Positions 38,997-49,374 of a stretch of 64,000 nucleotides of DNA are shown here, one piece after another; within the stretch, counting starts at the first letter, position 1; each line of letters begins with the position of its first letter. The position numbers were made by a program, and so were the translations under genes. The notes beneath the pieces were generated by a model, which saw only the letters and a list, made by a program, of their open reading frames with translations, had not been told where the DNA came from and did not search any database. This DNA is from Bacilli bacterium (lineage in GTDB: Bacteria > Bacillota_I > Bacilli_A > ML615J-28 > CAG-698), in the NCBI GenBank assembly GCA_050953065.1, contig JBMNLZ010000002.1, positions 256,001 through 320,000 of the forward strand, read 5' to 3'.

Positions 38997-40160
38997 ATGT
39001 TTAATGTAAAATATTTAAATCCTATTTCTGAGAAGGGGAAAAAACTTTTTACTTCAAAATACAAAGAAGTAAATAATTGGGAAGATGCTAATCTTGCTTT
39101 AGTAAGAAGTGCAGCAATGCATGATTTAGAAATTCCTAAAGGCTTAGATGCAATTGCAAGAGCTGGAGCTGGTGTTAATAATATTCCACTTGAAAGATGT
39201 GCAGAAAAAGGAATCGTTGTTTTTAATACACCTGGTGCTAATGCTAATGGTGTTAAAGAATTAGTGGTTGCAGGAATGTTACTTTCTGCAAGAGATATTG
39301 TTGGTGGGATTAATTGGGTTAATGCTAATAAAGGTGAGGCTGAAATTGCTAAACTTGTAGAAAAAGAAAAAGCTAAATTTGCAGGAACTGAAATTTTGGA
39401 CAAGTCAGTTGGTGTAATTGGACTTGGTGCCATTGGAATTTTAGTTGCTAATGCTTTAGTTGGTATGGGAATGAAAGTATATGGATATGATCCATTTATT
39501 TCAATTGACCATGCTTGGAGCCTATCAAGAAGTGTAATTCATGCTATGAGCTTAGAAGAAGTTTATGAAAATTGTGATTATATTACAGTCCATGTTCCTT
39601 TAGTTGATTCAACTAAAGAAATGATTAACAAAACATCTATTGCTAAAATGAAACAAGGTGTTGTAATTTTAAACTTTGCCAGAGATTTACTTGTAAATGA
39701 TCTTGATATTGAACAAGCTTTAAAAGTAGGAAAGGTTAAAAAATACGTTACCGATTTTCCAAATGTTAAAACAGCTAATATGGAAGGTGTAATTGCAATT
39801 CCTCATCTTGGAGCTTCAACTGAAGAATCAGAAGATAACTGTGCAGTAATGGCTATTAAACAAGCAATGGATTATCTTGAAAATGGAAATATTACTAACT
39901 CAGTTAACTATCCAAACTGTGATGCTGGGATTTGTATGACAGAAGGTAGAATTGCAATTTGTCATAGAAATATTCCAAATATGATTAATCAACTAACAAC
40001 TATTATTAATACTTACAATATTAATATTTCTAATATGACTAATAAAAGTAAAGGAAACTTTGCATATACTTTATTTGATATAGATGCAAAATCAACTCCT
40101 GAGATTAAAGAAAAGTTAGAAAAAGTAAGTGATGTCTTAAAGGTAAGAATCTTAAAATAA
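38997..40160 (+). CDS. serA: D-3-phosphoglycerate dehydrogenase with ACT domain
   Basis: ARAGAGVNNI, GLGAIG, NFAR, PHLGAST.E, C-terminal H.NIPNMI ACT. Confidence 0.95.
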   Translation: MFNVKYLNPISEKGKKLFTSKYKEVNNWEDANLALVRSAAMHDLEIPKGLDAIARAGAGVNNIPLERCAEKGIVVFNTPGANANGVKELVVAGMLLSARDIVGGINWVNANKGEAEIAKLVEKEKAKFAGTEILDKSVGVIGLGAIGILVANALVGMGMKVYGYDPFISIDHAWSLSRSVIHAMSLEEVYENCDYITVHVPLVDSTKEMINKTSIAKMKQGVVILNFARDLLVNDLDIEQALKVGKVKKYVTDFPNVKTANMEGVIAIPHLGASTEESEDNCAVMAIKQAMDYLENGNITNSVNYPNCDAGICMTEGRIAICHRNIPNMINQLTTIINTYNINISNMTNKSKGNFAYTLFDIDAKSTPEIKEKLEKVSDVLKVRILK

Positions 40161-40238
40161 TATGTAAGTAAGTTTAAAAAAAATGTAAGATATATAAAAG
40201 GTATTTACGAAAGTAGGAAAATATTATATTATAAAGTT

Positions 40239-40362
40239 GTCCTAATTTATTTAGGACCTTTCAATAAGTATGTCTACTGTGAAGTAGACTCTCTCTCTCT
40301 CTTTCTTATTTCCTACTATTTTTGAAAAAGACGCTTAAACAATTTGCTTAAGTGTCTTTTTT
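40239..40362 (+). ncRNA. Candidate structured small RNA (two hairpins, CU-rich tract, terminator)
   Basis: Hairpins GTCCTAA/TTAGGAC and GTCTAC/GTAGAC, (CT)7, terminator 40325-40362; possible promoter TTTACG-17-TATTAT. Confidence 0.4.
40325..40362 (+). terminator. Intrinsic terminator downstream of serA
   Basis: AAAAAGACGCTTAA...TTAAGTGTCTTTTTT. Confidence 0.85.
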
Positions 40363-40478
40363 ATTTTCTTCTTTTTAATAACTTTAAAAAAACTTTAGTT
40401 GATCTTAACAATTTCTTGTTATTAAAAGAAAGATAAGGTAAAATATAAATAGTATAATTTATATTAAAAAGGGAAAGT

Positions 40479-41180
40479 ATGAAAGAAATATTAATTAATG
40501 TAAGAGAAGAATTATTAAAAAACAAAGAAGAAAAAAAGAGATTAGAAAGATTCTTTAAAGAAGAAGTAAATATATTAGGAGTAAAAACTACTACGGTCAA
40601 TAAAATTTCTACTAAATACTTTAAACTTATAAAGAATAAAAGTAAAAAGGAAATTTTTTCTTTATGCGAAGAACTTTTTAAAAGTGGAATTTTAGAAGAA
40701 TGTTTTATTGCTTGTAATTGGGCATATAACTTAAGAAAAAACTATGAGAAAAAAGATTTTGAAATCTTTGAAAAATGGGTTGACCTTTATATTACTAATT
40801 GGGCAGTTTGTGATAGTTTTTGTACGCGTACAATGAGTGAAGTGATAATCAGATTTCCTGAAGTAATGCTTAAATTAAAACTTTGGACAAAGTCAAACAA
40901 CAGATGGGTAAGAAGAGCTGTAGCAGTATCTTTAATTGGTCTTGCTAAAAAAGGATTATGCTTAAAAGATATTTTTGAGATAACTGATATGTTGCTTTTA
41001 GATCAAGATGATTTAGTTCAAAAAGGCTATGGTTGGTTATTAAAGGTTGCTAGTAAGGTTTATCAAAGGGAAGTCTTTGAATATGTTTTAAATAAAAAGG
41101 AAATTATGCCTAGGACTTCATTAAGATATGCAATTGAAAAAATGCCTAAAGAGTTAAAAGAAATAGCGATGAAAAGGTAA
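40479..41180 (+). CDS. alkD: DNA alkylation repair protein (AlkD-like HEAT repeat)
   Basis: NWAVCD, W..S.NRWVRR, DLVQKGYGWLLK, MPRTSLRYAIEK. Confidence 0.9.
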   Translation: MKEILINVREELLKNKEEKKRLERFFKEEVNILGVKTTTVNKISTKYFKLIKNKSKKEIFSLCEELFKSGILEECFIACNWAYNLRKNYEKKDFEIFEKWVDLYITNWAVCDSFCTRTMSEVIIRFPEVMLKLKLWTKSNNRWVRRAVAVSLIGLAKKGLCLKDIFEITDMLLLDQDDLVQKGYGWLLKVASKVYQREVFEYVLNKKEIMPRTSLRYAIEKMPKELKEIAMKR

Positions 41181-41190
41181 GGAGAACAAA

Positions 41191-41859
41191 ATGATAAAAG
41201 TAAGAATAGCATCATATGTAATATTACTTGTTGCGATAATTAATTTTATTTTACCAGTTTTAATTTTTTTAGGTATAAGTGCTGGTTATATAGATTTTAA
41301 TGATAGTATCTATCCAAACAATATTGTTTATTATTTTCTTTATAAACTCATAATATACTTAGTAATTTTAATTTTTTTAATTTTTTTAAAAAAAGAATTT
41401 GGTCAAGAAAATAATGTATCTAGTGTCGTTGCGTTTTTATTTTTAGGGATTACTATTATTTTTTATTTTATGATTATGATTAGTGCTTTTACTAATCCTT
41501 TGTTTAATACAAGTATTGGGGCTTTAATTCCAATTTCAGTTGTTCATTATATAGAGGTTTTTTTAAATATTCCGATTATGATTATGATTGCTGATATTTA
41601 TAAAAGAGGGACTGTTATAATTTCTACTATGGCAATTATTGTTGTTAGGATAGCTATGTATCCTGTTATTGGAGGAATTGCTTTTATATTGTTTTTGATA
41701 TGGTTACCAACCAGAGTAACAAGTCTTGTAAATGAGATTATGGGAATGTGGTTTAGTTTGTTATCAATAGAGGCTTTTGTGTTGTTGGCTTTTGCAGTTT
41801 TTGTTTTTAAAGGCACTAAAAAACTTACAAAAGAAGCTGTGATAGATTCTAATTTTTAA
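41191..41859 (+). CDS. Hypothetical multi-pass membrane protein
   Basis: AAGGAG SD; about six hydrophobic segments. Confidence 0.75.
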   Translation: MIKVRIASYVILLVAIINFILPVLIFLGISAGYIDFNDSIYPNNIVYYFLYKLIIYLVILIFLIFLKKEFGQENNVSSVVAFLFLGITIIFYFMIMISAFTNPLFNTSIGALIPISVVHYIEVFLNIPIMIMIADIYKRGTVIISTMAIIVVRIAMYPVIGGIAFILFLIWLPTRVTSLVNEIMGMWFSLLSIEAFVLLAFAVFVFKGTKKLTKEAVIDSNF

Positions 41860-41962
41860 GAAAAAAAGAATACATAAACTCTAATTTAATAGTTAAAAGG
41901 TAATTTAAGGAACTTATTTTATTAATAAAGGATTAAAAAAGACTAAATAAAAAATATTTCTA

Positions 41963-41991
41963 TTGAAACTGTCGATTAAAAGTGATATAAT
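41963..41991 (+). promoter_or_regulatory. sigma-A promoter
   Basis: TTGAAA-17 bp-TATAAT with extended -10 TG. Confidence 0.75.
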
Positions 41992-42048
41992 ATGAATGCT
42001 ATAAAAAATATGCATGTCGTATAACAGTGCAAAAAAGGAGTGGAAATA

Positions 42049-45000
42049 ATGAATAGTTCATCAATAGCTAAAAGAACTTTGCCATTAATTATCGTATTAT
42101 TAGTTATTATTGCAATAGCTGTATCATGTACATTAATAGGTAAAGAAAAAACAAATCCAACAATAAGTGAAGAGAACGCTTATTATATTAGTGTTACTGA
42201 TGGTGATAACACATATGGTATTACTAATAAAAAAATTTACGAAAGTTTGAAGAAATACTATGGAGCAACTGTTTTAAGTCAAATGATGGATAAAGACTTA
42301 TTAAAAGATGTTGATGGTGTTAATTATATGGACATACTTCAAGCAGACGTTGAAGCAAGACTTGTTAAAAACATTTTTGGTTCACAAGAACTAATGGATG
42401 AATTAACAGAAGAAGAACAAACAGAAAAAAGAGAAGCATATTATAAATTGCAAAAAAATAGCGGATTATATTCTGAAGAGGCAATTTTAGAAGATGTGAA
42501 ACTTACTCTTGCTAAAGAAAAATATGCTAAAGCATTATTTGAAAAAGAATTTTTAGAAAAAGAAGAAACTGATAAAAAAATGTTTTCAGATACAGATATT
42601 TCTAATTACTATAATGCTAATTACAAAGATGAGTATTGGACAATTATTGTAGTTTATCCTACAAAAGATTTAGCCACTACAGCTTTAAAGCAATTAGATG
42701 TTGAAGTTAAAGAAGTTACTGAATCAGGAACTGTATATGATAGATGGGTCTGGATGGCTGATGCTACATGGACTTCTAGTGATGAAGCAGTTGCTACAGT
42801 TAGTGCAGATACAGGACTTGTTACTGCAGTTGCAGCTGGAGTTGTTGATATTACTTATACAACAACAAAAGGCGCTACAGCAACTTTCAAAGTAAAAGTT
42901 CATACAACTGCAACTCCTGAAGGTGAAGAAGAATATGATTATGCAATCAAATTAGATACAGAAGATGAAGATGAAGAAACATTACAATTAACTAAAAAAT
43001 TAACTTTAAATCAAATCTTAAAAGTTCATATTGATTTGTATAATTCAATGTATGCAAGAAATGCAGAAAATTATCCTAATGATGATGATCCTTTATTAAA
43101 TGAAATTATTAAAAAAGATGTTCATTATACAATTGATGCAGCTGGAAATATTATCTTCATTACTACATTAGATGAAGAAGATGAAGATGCTGATGTAAAC
43201 TTATTACATAAAACATATATGGAATTAAGTAGTTTTAACTCAACTATTGCATCTTATTTAGAATCTACATTAAATGTTTTCAGTGAATTAGCTGAAAAAG
43301 AAAATATTCATAAAGAAAACTATACTAAATATTTCGTAGTTAATCCAACACTTGCTAGTAGTCAATATTATTTTGCTGTTAAAATAAAAGTTGATGAAGC
43401 AGCTAAGCTATATGATGAGGCTGAAGGTGAAGACGAAAAACCAATGAATGAAGCAATTAAAGCTGAAATCATTGAAAAGTTAAAAGAAGAATATATTAAT
43501 GAAACTTATATCAATGGCAAGATGGGTGACTTAAGAAGAGATAAAGGTTTATTAATTTATGATAAAATTATTGAAACAGCTTATATTGATGGTTATGATT
43601 CAAAATTAAAAACAACTAAAAAATCAAGTGACAGTATTGTTGCAAGAGTAAATGGTGTTGATTATACAGCAGATGCTTTATTTGCTGAAATGGAATCAAA
43701 ATTCGGTACAGCTTCTGCAATTGAAAAATTACAATTTGAAATGATGTTAAGAGATACAGAACTTAATACTATTTATGATTATGCAAATTATGCTAATAAG
43801 AGTGATAAGAAACGCATTTTAGATGCTTCTGAATGGAATAGTATTAAATCAACTGTTATCCAACAAAAACGTACATTTAGCCAAGGTGGATTTGAAGGTT
43901 ATTCTCCTTCAATCGGTTGGAAAAATTTCATGAAACAATATTTCAATGTTGATTCTGAAGATGAATTAAAATTAAGAGTTTTATATACTGTCTTAGTAGA
44001 TGACTTAGCTGATGGTCTTGGTAAGATTTCTGAAGATACAACAGTAGATGATGAAGTTTGGAAATTCTATTATTCAGCGATGGATGAAAGAGTAAGAGAT
44101 TACTATGAAGTTACAGGATTTCATTTATTAATAGGTGTTTATAAAGATGGCAATGAAAATGGTGCATATGATGATGGCAGTGAAACTGATGAATTAATCG
44201 AACCAAAAGAATGGACTGCATATCAAACAACATTAGTTGAAGAATTATATGATGAAGCAATTACATTGCTAGAAGGCGTTGAAGCTTTTGATTATCAAAA
44301 TCAATTACTTGAGTTTGAAACAAACTTCAAAAAAGCTCCTAAATTCTTAGCAAACGTTAAACAAGATGCAGCAAGTCAACCATATCAACCAGGTGGAGTT
44401 GTTGATATCTATAAGTATTCAAAATATAAATCAGCTGGTATTACTGTGATGTATCAAGATTTAGGTACATTTGGTAATGGTTCTATGGTTGCTGATTTTG
44501 ATGAAGCAGCAAGATATATCTGGCAAAGAAAATATGCATATGAAGCATTAGGTTTTGGTAATGCAAAAGAAATCAATATTTATTCTAAAGCTGAATCTTT
44601 AGATGGCGGATATTTATCATCTCAATTTGGCTATCATGTATATGTTAATACTGGATGGACTGCTCCTACTAAGTATTATAAAGAAGGAGATAGTGAAGGA
44701 GTTTTATTACCAACAAGTGAGAAAATGCTTGAGATTGTTAAGAAGTACATCGCAGATTCAACTGATCCAAGCCTAACAACTGATGATAAGAACCTTGTTA
44801 CAAAATTCTATTTACCAATTGTAACTGAATTTAAAGGTGATGATGATCAATCGGCTGGTAACTATAAATACATTGATATCTTAGGAAAACAATTAAAAAT
44901 GAATATTGAATTTACAAATGATGATGATAATGTAAAACTTGATAGATATTTAGATAAAGTAAAAGAATATAAAGATTCATATGTAGACTCATTATCATAT

Positions 45001-45252
45001 TTATTACCAGTATTTGAAATTACTAATAAAGAAAATTTAAATGTTGGAGATACATTAGAATTAAATCTAAACATTATTTCAGCTTTTGATTTTGCTCAAG
45101 AAGGTGTAAAATGGAAGAGCAGTAATGAAGATGTCGCAACAGTAGATGAAAATGGTAAAGTTACAGCTGTAGCAAGTGGTAAGGTTATTATCACTGCAAC
45201 ATCTGAAGTTTTAGAAAGTTTGAATTCATCTGTTGTAATTAGAGTAAACTAA
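42049..45252 (+). CDS. Large PrsA/SurA-like membrane-anchored foldase with parvulin motifs and two Big_2 Ig domains
   Basis: N-terminal anchor; H.LI, DLGTFGNGSMVADFDEAA, SQFGYHV; W.SSDE.VATV...G.VTAVA.G motifs internally and at the C-terminus. Confidence 0.75.
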   Translation: MNSSSIAKRTLPLIIVLLVIIAIAVSCTLIGKEKTNPTISEENAYYISVTDGDNTYGITNKKIYESLKKYYGATVLSQMMDKDLLKDVDGVNYMDILQADVEARLVKNIFGSQELMDELTEEEQTEKREAYYKLQKNSGLYSEEAILEDVKLTLAKEKYAKALFEKEFLEKEETDKKMFSDTDISNYYNANYKDEYWTIIVVYPTKDLATTALKQLDVEVKEVTESGTVYDRWVWMADATWTSSDEAVATVSADTGLVTAVAAGVVDITYTTTKGATATFKVKVHTTATPEGEEEYDYAIKLDTEDEDEETLQLTKKLTLNQILKVHIDLYNSMYARNAENYPNDDDPLLNEIIKKDVHYTIDAAGNIIFITTLDEEDEDADVNLLHKTYMELSSFNSTIASYLESTLNVFSELAEKENIHKENYTKYFVVNPTLASSQYYFAVKIKVDEAAKLYDEAEGEDEKPMNEAIKAEIIEKLKEEYINETYINGKMGDLRRDKGLLIYDKIIETAYIDGYDSKLKTTKKSSDSIVARVNGVDYTADALFAEMESKFGTASAIEKLQFEMMLRDTELNTIYDYANYANKSDKKRILDASEWNSIKSTVIQQKRTFSQGGFEGYSPSIGWKNFMKQYFNVDSEDELKLRVLYTVLVDDLADGLGKISEDTTVDDEVWKFYYSAMDERVRDYYEVTGFHLLIGVYKDGNENGAYDDGSETDELIEPKEWTAYQTTLVEELYDEAITLLEGVEAFDYQNQLLEFETNFKKAPKFLANVKQDAASQPYQPGGVVDIYKYSKYKSAGITVMYQDLGTFGNGSMVADFDEAARYIWQRKYAYEALGFGNAKEINIYSKAESLDGGYLSSQFGYHVYVNTGWTAPTKYYKEGDSEGVLLPTSEKMLEIVKKYIADSTDPSLTTDDKNLVTKFYLPIVTEFKGDDDQSAGNYKYIDILGKQLKMNIEFTNDDDNVKLDRYLDKVKEYKDSYVDSLSYLLPVFEITNKENLNVGDTLELNLNIISAFDFAQEGVKWKSSNEDVATVDENGKVTAVASGKVIITATSEVLESLNSSVVIRVN

Positions 45253-45271
45253 TGTTTTGAATAAACAAACT

Positions 45272-45306
45272 AAACACCTCATACCCAATTAGTATGAGGT
45301 GTTTTT
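45272..45306 (+). terminator. Intrinsic terminator
   Basis: AAACACCTCATAC/GTATGAGGTGTTT + T-run. Confidence 0.9.
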
Positions 45307-45506
45307 AAAATTTCAATAATGATTTTTATAAAAAAAGATATGTAATTAGAAAAAAATGACTTTGGAAAAATATATAATGTTAGCTTTTCCCAAAGTGGAA
45401 TATAATATTTAATCTCAATGTTGATTTTAAAATGCAATGATTTTTTATTTAAATAGTTATTTAAGTGTGTTATAATAATATAAAGAATAAAACTAAGGGG
45501 AAGAAG

Positions 45507-46286
45507 ATGAAGTTTCAAGTTATCGCAAGTGGTTCAAAAGGAAATCTTACCTATATTGAAACCGCTGAGGCTAAAATTATAGTAGATGCTGGTATTACTT
45601 ATAATAGGCTAATTAAAAATCTAGATGACAGTATTTTATTAGATAGAATTGATGCTATCTTTATCACACATGAACACTATGATCACGTATCAGGTTTGGT
45701 TAGTATTATGTCTAAAAGTGATGCAACTCTTTATATTCATCAAGACAGTTTTAATTTTTTAAATGAAAAAATAAAAGAAAAAATTCCATTAGATAAAGTT
45801 TGTTTTATTGAAGATAATAAGAAATACAAAGTTAAAGATTTTTTTATTTATACAATGCAGTTAAATCATTATAGTATGCATTGTTTAGGATTTGTTTTTG
45901 AACATAAAAATAATAGACTAGCCTACATTACTGATACTGGATTTGTTCCTGAGGTTTATTTAGATGTTTTAAAGAATGTTGATGTTTTAATAATTGAGGC
46001 TAATCATGATATAGAAATGTTACTTGAAAGTGAAAGAGATCAATTTTTAAAAGCAAGGATTTTATCTGAAGTTGGACATATTTCAAATCTTATTTGTAAA
46101 GACATTTTAAGAACAGTTGTAAGTGAAAGAATGAAGTACATTGTTTTAGCTCATGCAAGTGAGGAATGTAATTCAAAAGAAGCAATTCTAGAAACTATTA
46201 AAAATGGTCTAGATGTGATATATCATGAAAGAATAATAATTGCTAAACAAAATGAAAGTATAGCATTAGTAATTTTAGAGGAGTAA
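45507..46286 (+). CDS. yycJ: MBL-fold metallo-hydrolase (YycJ/WalJ-like)
   Basis: ASGSKGN, THEHYDH, TDTG, EANHD, GHISN. Confidence 0.88.
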   Translation: MKFQVIASGSKGNLTYIETAEAKIIVDAGITYNRLIKNLDDSILLDRIDAIFITHEHYDHVSGLVSIMSKSDATLYIHQDSFNFLNEKIKEKIPLDKVCFIEDNKKYKVKDFFIYTMQLNHYSMHCLGFVFEHKNNRLAYITDTGFVPEVYLDVLKNVDVLIIEANHDIEMLLESERDQFLKARILSEVGHISNLICKDILRTVVSERMKYIVLAHASEECNSKEAILETIKNGLDVIYHERIIIAKQNESIALVILEE

Positions 46287-46289
46287 GGA

Positions 46290-48263
46290 ATGGCTTTTAG
46301 GTTAGTATCTTTTTTTAAACCAACTGGTGATCAACCACAAGCAATTGAAAAACTTACAAGAAATGTTTTAAATAATGTTAAACATCAAACCTTATTAGGA
46401 GCAACTGGCACTGGTAAGACTTTTACGATTGCTAATGTGATTGCTAAGACTAATAAAAAGACTTTAGTCTTAGCTCATAATAAAACTTTAGCAGGACAAC
46501 TTTATAGTGAATTAAAAGCATTTTTCCCAGAAAATAGAGTTGAATATTTTATTTCATATTATGATTATTATCAACCAGAAGCCTATGTTGCAAGTCGTGA
46601 TTTATATATCGAAAAAGATTCTAGTATCAATGATGAAATAGACCAAATGAGGCATAGTACTGTAAGTAGTCTAATGGAAAGAGATGATGTTATAGTAGTT
46701 GCGAGTGTTTCTTGTATTTATGGAATTGGAGATCCGGCTGATTATAAAGAAAAACTGCTTTTCTTAAGAACAGGTGAAGAAATTAAAAGAAGTGAGCTTT
46801 TAGAAAAACTAGTTAAGATGAATTATGTTAGGAATGATTTTGAGCATAAAAGAGGCATCTTTAGAGTAAAAGGTGAAATCATTGAAATTATTCCAAGTTA
46901 TGAAAAAGAAGAAATTATTCGTCTTGAATTTTTTGGTGATGAAATAGAAAAAATTAAAATGGTTGATAGCATTTCAGGGAAAACTATTTCTTTAAAAAAA
47001 CATATTACAATTCATCCTGCTACACTATTTTTAGTATCAGATTTAAAAAGAGAAGAAGCTATAAAAAGAATCAAAAATGAATTAGAAGAGCGCATCAAAT
47101 ATTTTAAAGACAATGATAAATTAATTGAGGCTCAAAGGATTGAACAACGTACTAAATATGATTTAGAAATGTTAACAGAACTTGGTGAGTGTAAGGGGAT
47201 TGAAAACTATTCAAGACATTTAAGCCTAAGAAAAGAAGGTGAGATGCCTTATACTTTACTTGATTTTTTTAAAGATGACTTTTTAATGATTATAGATGAA
47301 TCACATGTAACACTTCCTCAAGTTAGAGGCATGTTTAATGGCGATAGATCTAGAAAACAAAATCTAGTTGATTATGGCTTTAGATTACCTTCAGCATTAG
47401 ACAATAGACCATTAACGTTTGATGAGTTTAACAGTAAATTAAAGCAAGTAATTTATGTTAGTGCAACACCTGCAATATATGAAAGAAATTTAAGCTATGA
47501 AGTAGTAGAACAAATTATTCGCCCAACTTATTTACTTGACCCAGAAATTGAAATTAGACCTACTAAAGGTCAAATTGATGATTTAGTTTTAGAGATTAAT
47601 AAAAGAATTAAAAATAATGAAAGAGTTTTAATTCTTACCTTAACAATTAAAATGAGTGAAGATTTAACTAAATACTTAAAAGATTTAGATTTTAAAGTAG
47701 CGTATTTACATTCTGAAATTAAAGCCTTAGAGCGTCTTGAAATAATTAGAAAACTAAGGCTAAAAACGTATGATTGTTTAGTTGGAATTAATCTTTTAAG
47801 AGAAGGGTTGGATATACCTGAGGTCTCTTTAATTGCGATCTTAGATGCTGATAAGGAAGGTTTTTTAAGAAGTGAAGTATCGTTAATTCAAACGATTGGA
47901 AGAGCCGCAAGAAACGTTAATGGTAAAGTTATAATGTATGCTGATAAGGTAACTGATTCTATGCAAAAGGCAATTGTTGAAACGTATAGAAGACGTGAGA
48001 TTCAATTAAAATATAATCAGGAAAATAATATTATTCCTAAAACTATTATTAAAGATGTTAAAGATTCTTGGCTTGATGAATTAGAATTAAAAGAATCTCT
48101 AACAATTGATATGGATGGACTTGATAGGCTAAGTACTTTAGAAAAACAAAAAATTTTAAAGAAACTTGAAACTGAAATGAAAGAAGCAGCCAAAGCTTTA
48201 GATTTTGAACAAGCGATGACTTTAAGAGATATTATATTTGAAATAAAGAGTGGTGGAAAATGA
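46290..48263 (+). CDS. uvrB: Excinuclease ABC subunit B
   Basis: [34 protein letters not shown] tail. Confidence 0.99.
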   Translation: MAFRLVSFFKPTGDQPQAIEKLTRNVLNNVKHQTLLGATGTGKTFTIANVIAKTNKKTLVLAHNKTLAGQLYSELKAFFPENRVEYFISYYDYYQPEAYVASRDLYIEKDSSINDEIDQMRHSTVSSLMERDDVIVVASVSCIYGIGDPADYKEKLLFLRTGEEIKRSELLEKLVKMNYVRNDFEHKRGIFRVKGEIIEIIPSYEKEEIIRLEFFGDEIEKIKMVDSISGKTISLKKHITIHPATLFLVSDLKREEAIKRIKNELEERIKYFKDNDKLIEAQRIEQRTKYDLEMLTELGECKGIENYSRHLSLRKEGEMPYTLLDFFKDDFLMIIDESHVTLPQVRGMFNGDRSRKQNLVDYGFRLPSALDNRPLTFDEFNSKLKQVIYVSATPAIYERNLSYEVVEQIIRPTYLLDPEIEIRPTKGQIDDLVLEINKRIKNNERVLILTLTIKMSEDLTKYLKDLDFKVAYLHSEIKALERLEIIRKLRLKTYDCLVGINLLREGLDIPEVSLIAILDADKEGFLRSEVSLIQTIGRAARNVNGKVIMYADKVTDSMQKAIVETYRRREIQLKYNQENNIIPKTIIKDVKDSWLDELELKESLTIDMDGLDRLSTLEKQKILKKLETEMKEAAKALDFEQAMTLRDIIFEIKSGGK

Positions 48264-49369
48264 AAGTTATTTTAGGATTAAGCGGTGGTGTTGATAGCGC
48301 TGTTGCTTTAATTAAATTATTAGAAAAAGGCTATGATGTTGAAGCGATTTTCATGAGAAATTGGGATTCAACATTAAACAATGATATCTTAGGAAATCCT
48401 AATGATTTTTCTAATATTTGCCCGCAAGAACAAGACTATCTTGATGCCTTAGAGGTTGCTAATAAATATCATATAAAACTTCATAGAATGGATTTTGTTG
48501 ATGTTTATTGGGAAAAAGTATTCTCATACTTTTTAGATGAATATAAAAACAATAGAACTCCTAATCCAGATATTTTATGTAATAGTGAAATTAAGTTTAA
48601 AGTCTTTTTAGAAGAAGCTTTTAAAATGGAAGCAGACTATATAGCGATGGGTCATTATGCAAGAGTTGTGCATAAACCAGAAGTAAAACTATTTAAAGCA
48701 GTTGATAAGAATAAAGACCAAAGTTATTTTTTAAGTCAATTAAATAAAGACCAACTTTCAAAAGCTTTATTTCCTTTAGGTGATATGACCAAAGATGAGG
48801 TAAGAAAACTAGCTAAAGAACATGGAATAAAAATAGCTAATAAAAAAGATTCAACTGGGATTTGTTTTATTGGTGAAAGGCATTTTAAAGAGTTTTTAAA
48901 GAATTATCTTAAACCTAATCCTGGTGATATTAAAACTCTTGATGGAAAAACTGTAGGTAAGCACGAAGGCTTAATGTATCATACAATTGGTCAAAGAAAA
49001 GGTTTAGGAATAGGTGGAGCAGGAGAGGCTTGGTATGTTATTGGTAAAGATAAAAAAAACAATGTTTTATTAGTCAGCCAAGGAGATAGATCAGAATATT
49101 TATATAGTAATAGATGTCTTGTTAATAAAATTAACTGGTTAGCAGATGACTTTAAGACTTTAGAATGTTTTGCTAAATTCAGATATCGTGCTGCTGATGT
49201 TAAAGTAAAGTTAGTTAGAATAGATGAAGATACAATTGAAGTAAATTATCCTGAAAAAGCTAAAGCTGTAACTCCGGGTCAAGCTGCGGTCTTTTATTTA
49301 GGAGAAGAATTAATTGGCGGAGGAACAATTAACGAAGTCTATTTTGGAAAAGAAAAAAGGATGTATTAA
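48260..49369 (+). CDS. mnmA: tRNA 2-thiouridylase
   Basis: [35 protein letters not shown]. Confidence 0.98.
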   Translation: MKVILGLSGGVDSAVALIKLLEKGYDVEAIFMRNWDSTLNNDILGNPNDFSNICPQEQDYLDALEVANKYHIKLHRMDFVDVYWEKVFSYFLDEYKNNRTPNPDILCNSEIKFKVFLEEAFKMEADYIAMGHYARVVHKPEVKLFKAVDKNKDQSYFLSQLNKDQLSKALFPLGDMTKDEVRKLAKEHGIKIANKKDSTGICFIGERHFKEFLKNYLKPNPGDIKTLDGKTVGKHEGLMYHTIGQRKGLGIGGAGEAWYVIGKDKKNNVLLVSQGDRSEYLYSNRCLVNKINWLADDFKTLECFAKFRYRAADVKVKLVRIDEDTIEVNYPEKAKAVTPGQAAVFYLGEELIGGGTINEVYFGKEKRMY

Positions 49370-49374
49370 TCTAT

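Noticed and set aside
40200-40320. Glycine riboswitch or hammerhead ribozyme after serA
   Set aside because: Conserved cores (CUGANGA/GAAA arrangement; glycine aptamer motifs) are not present; kept only as a generic sRNA candidate
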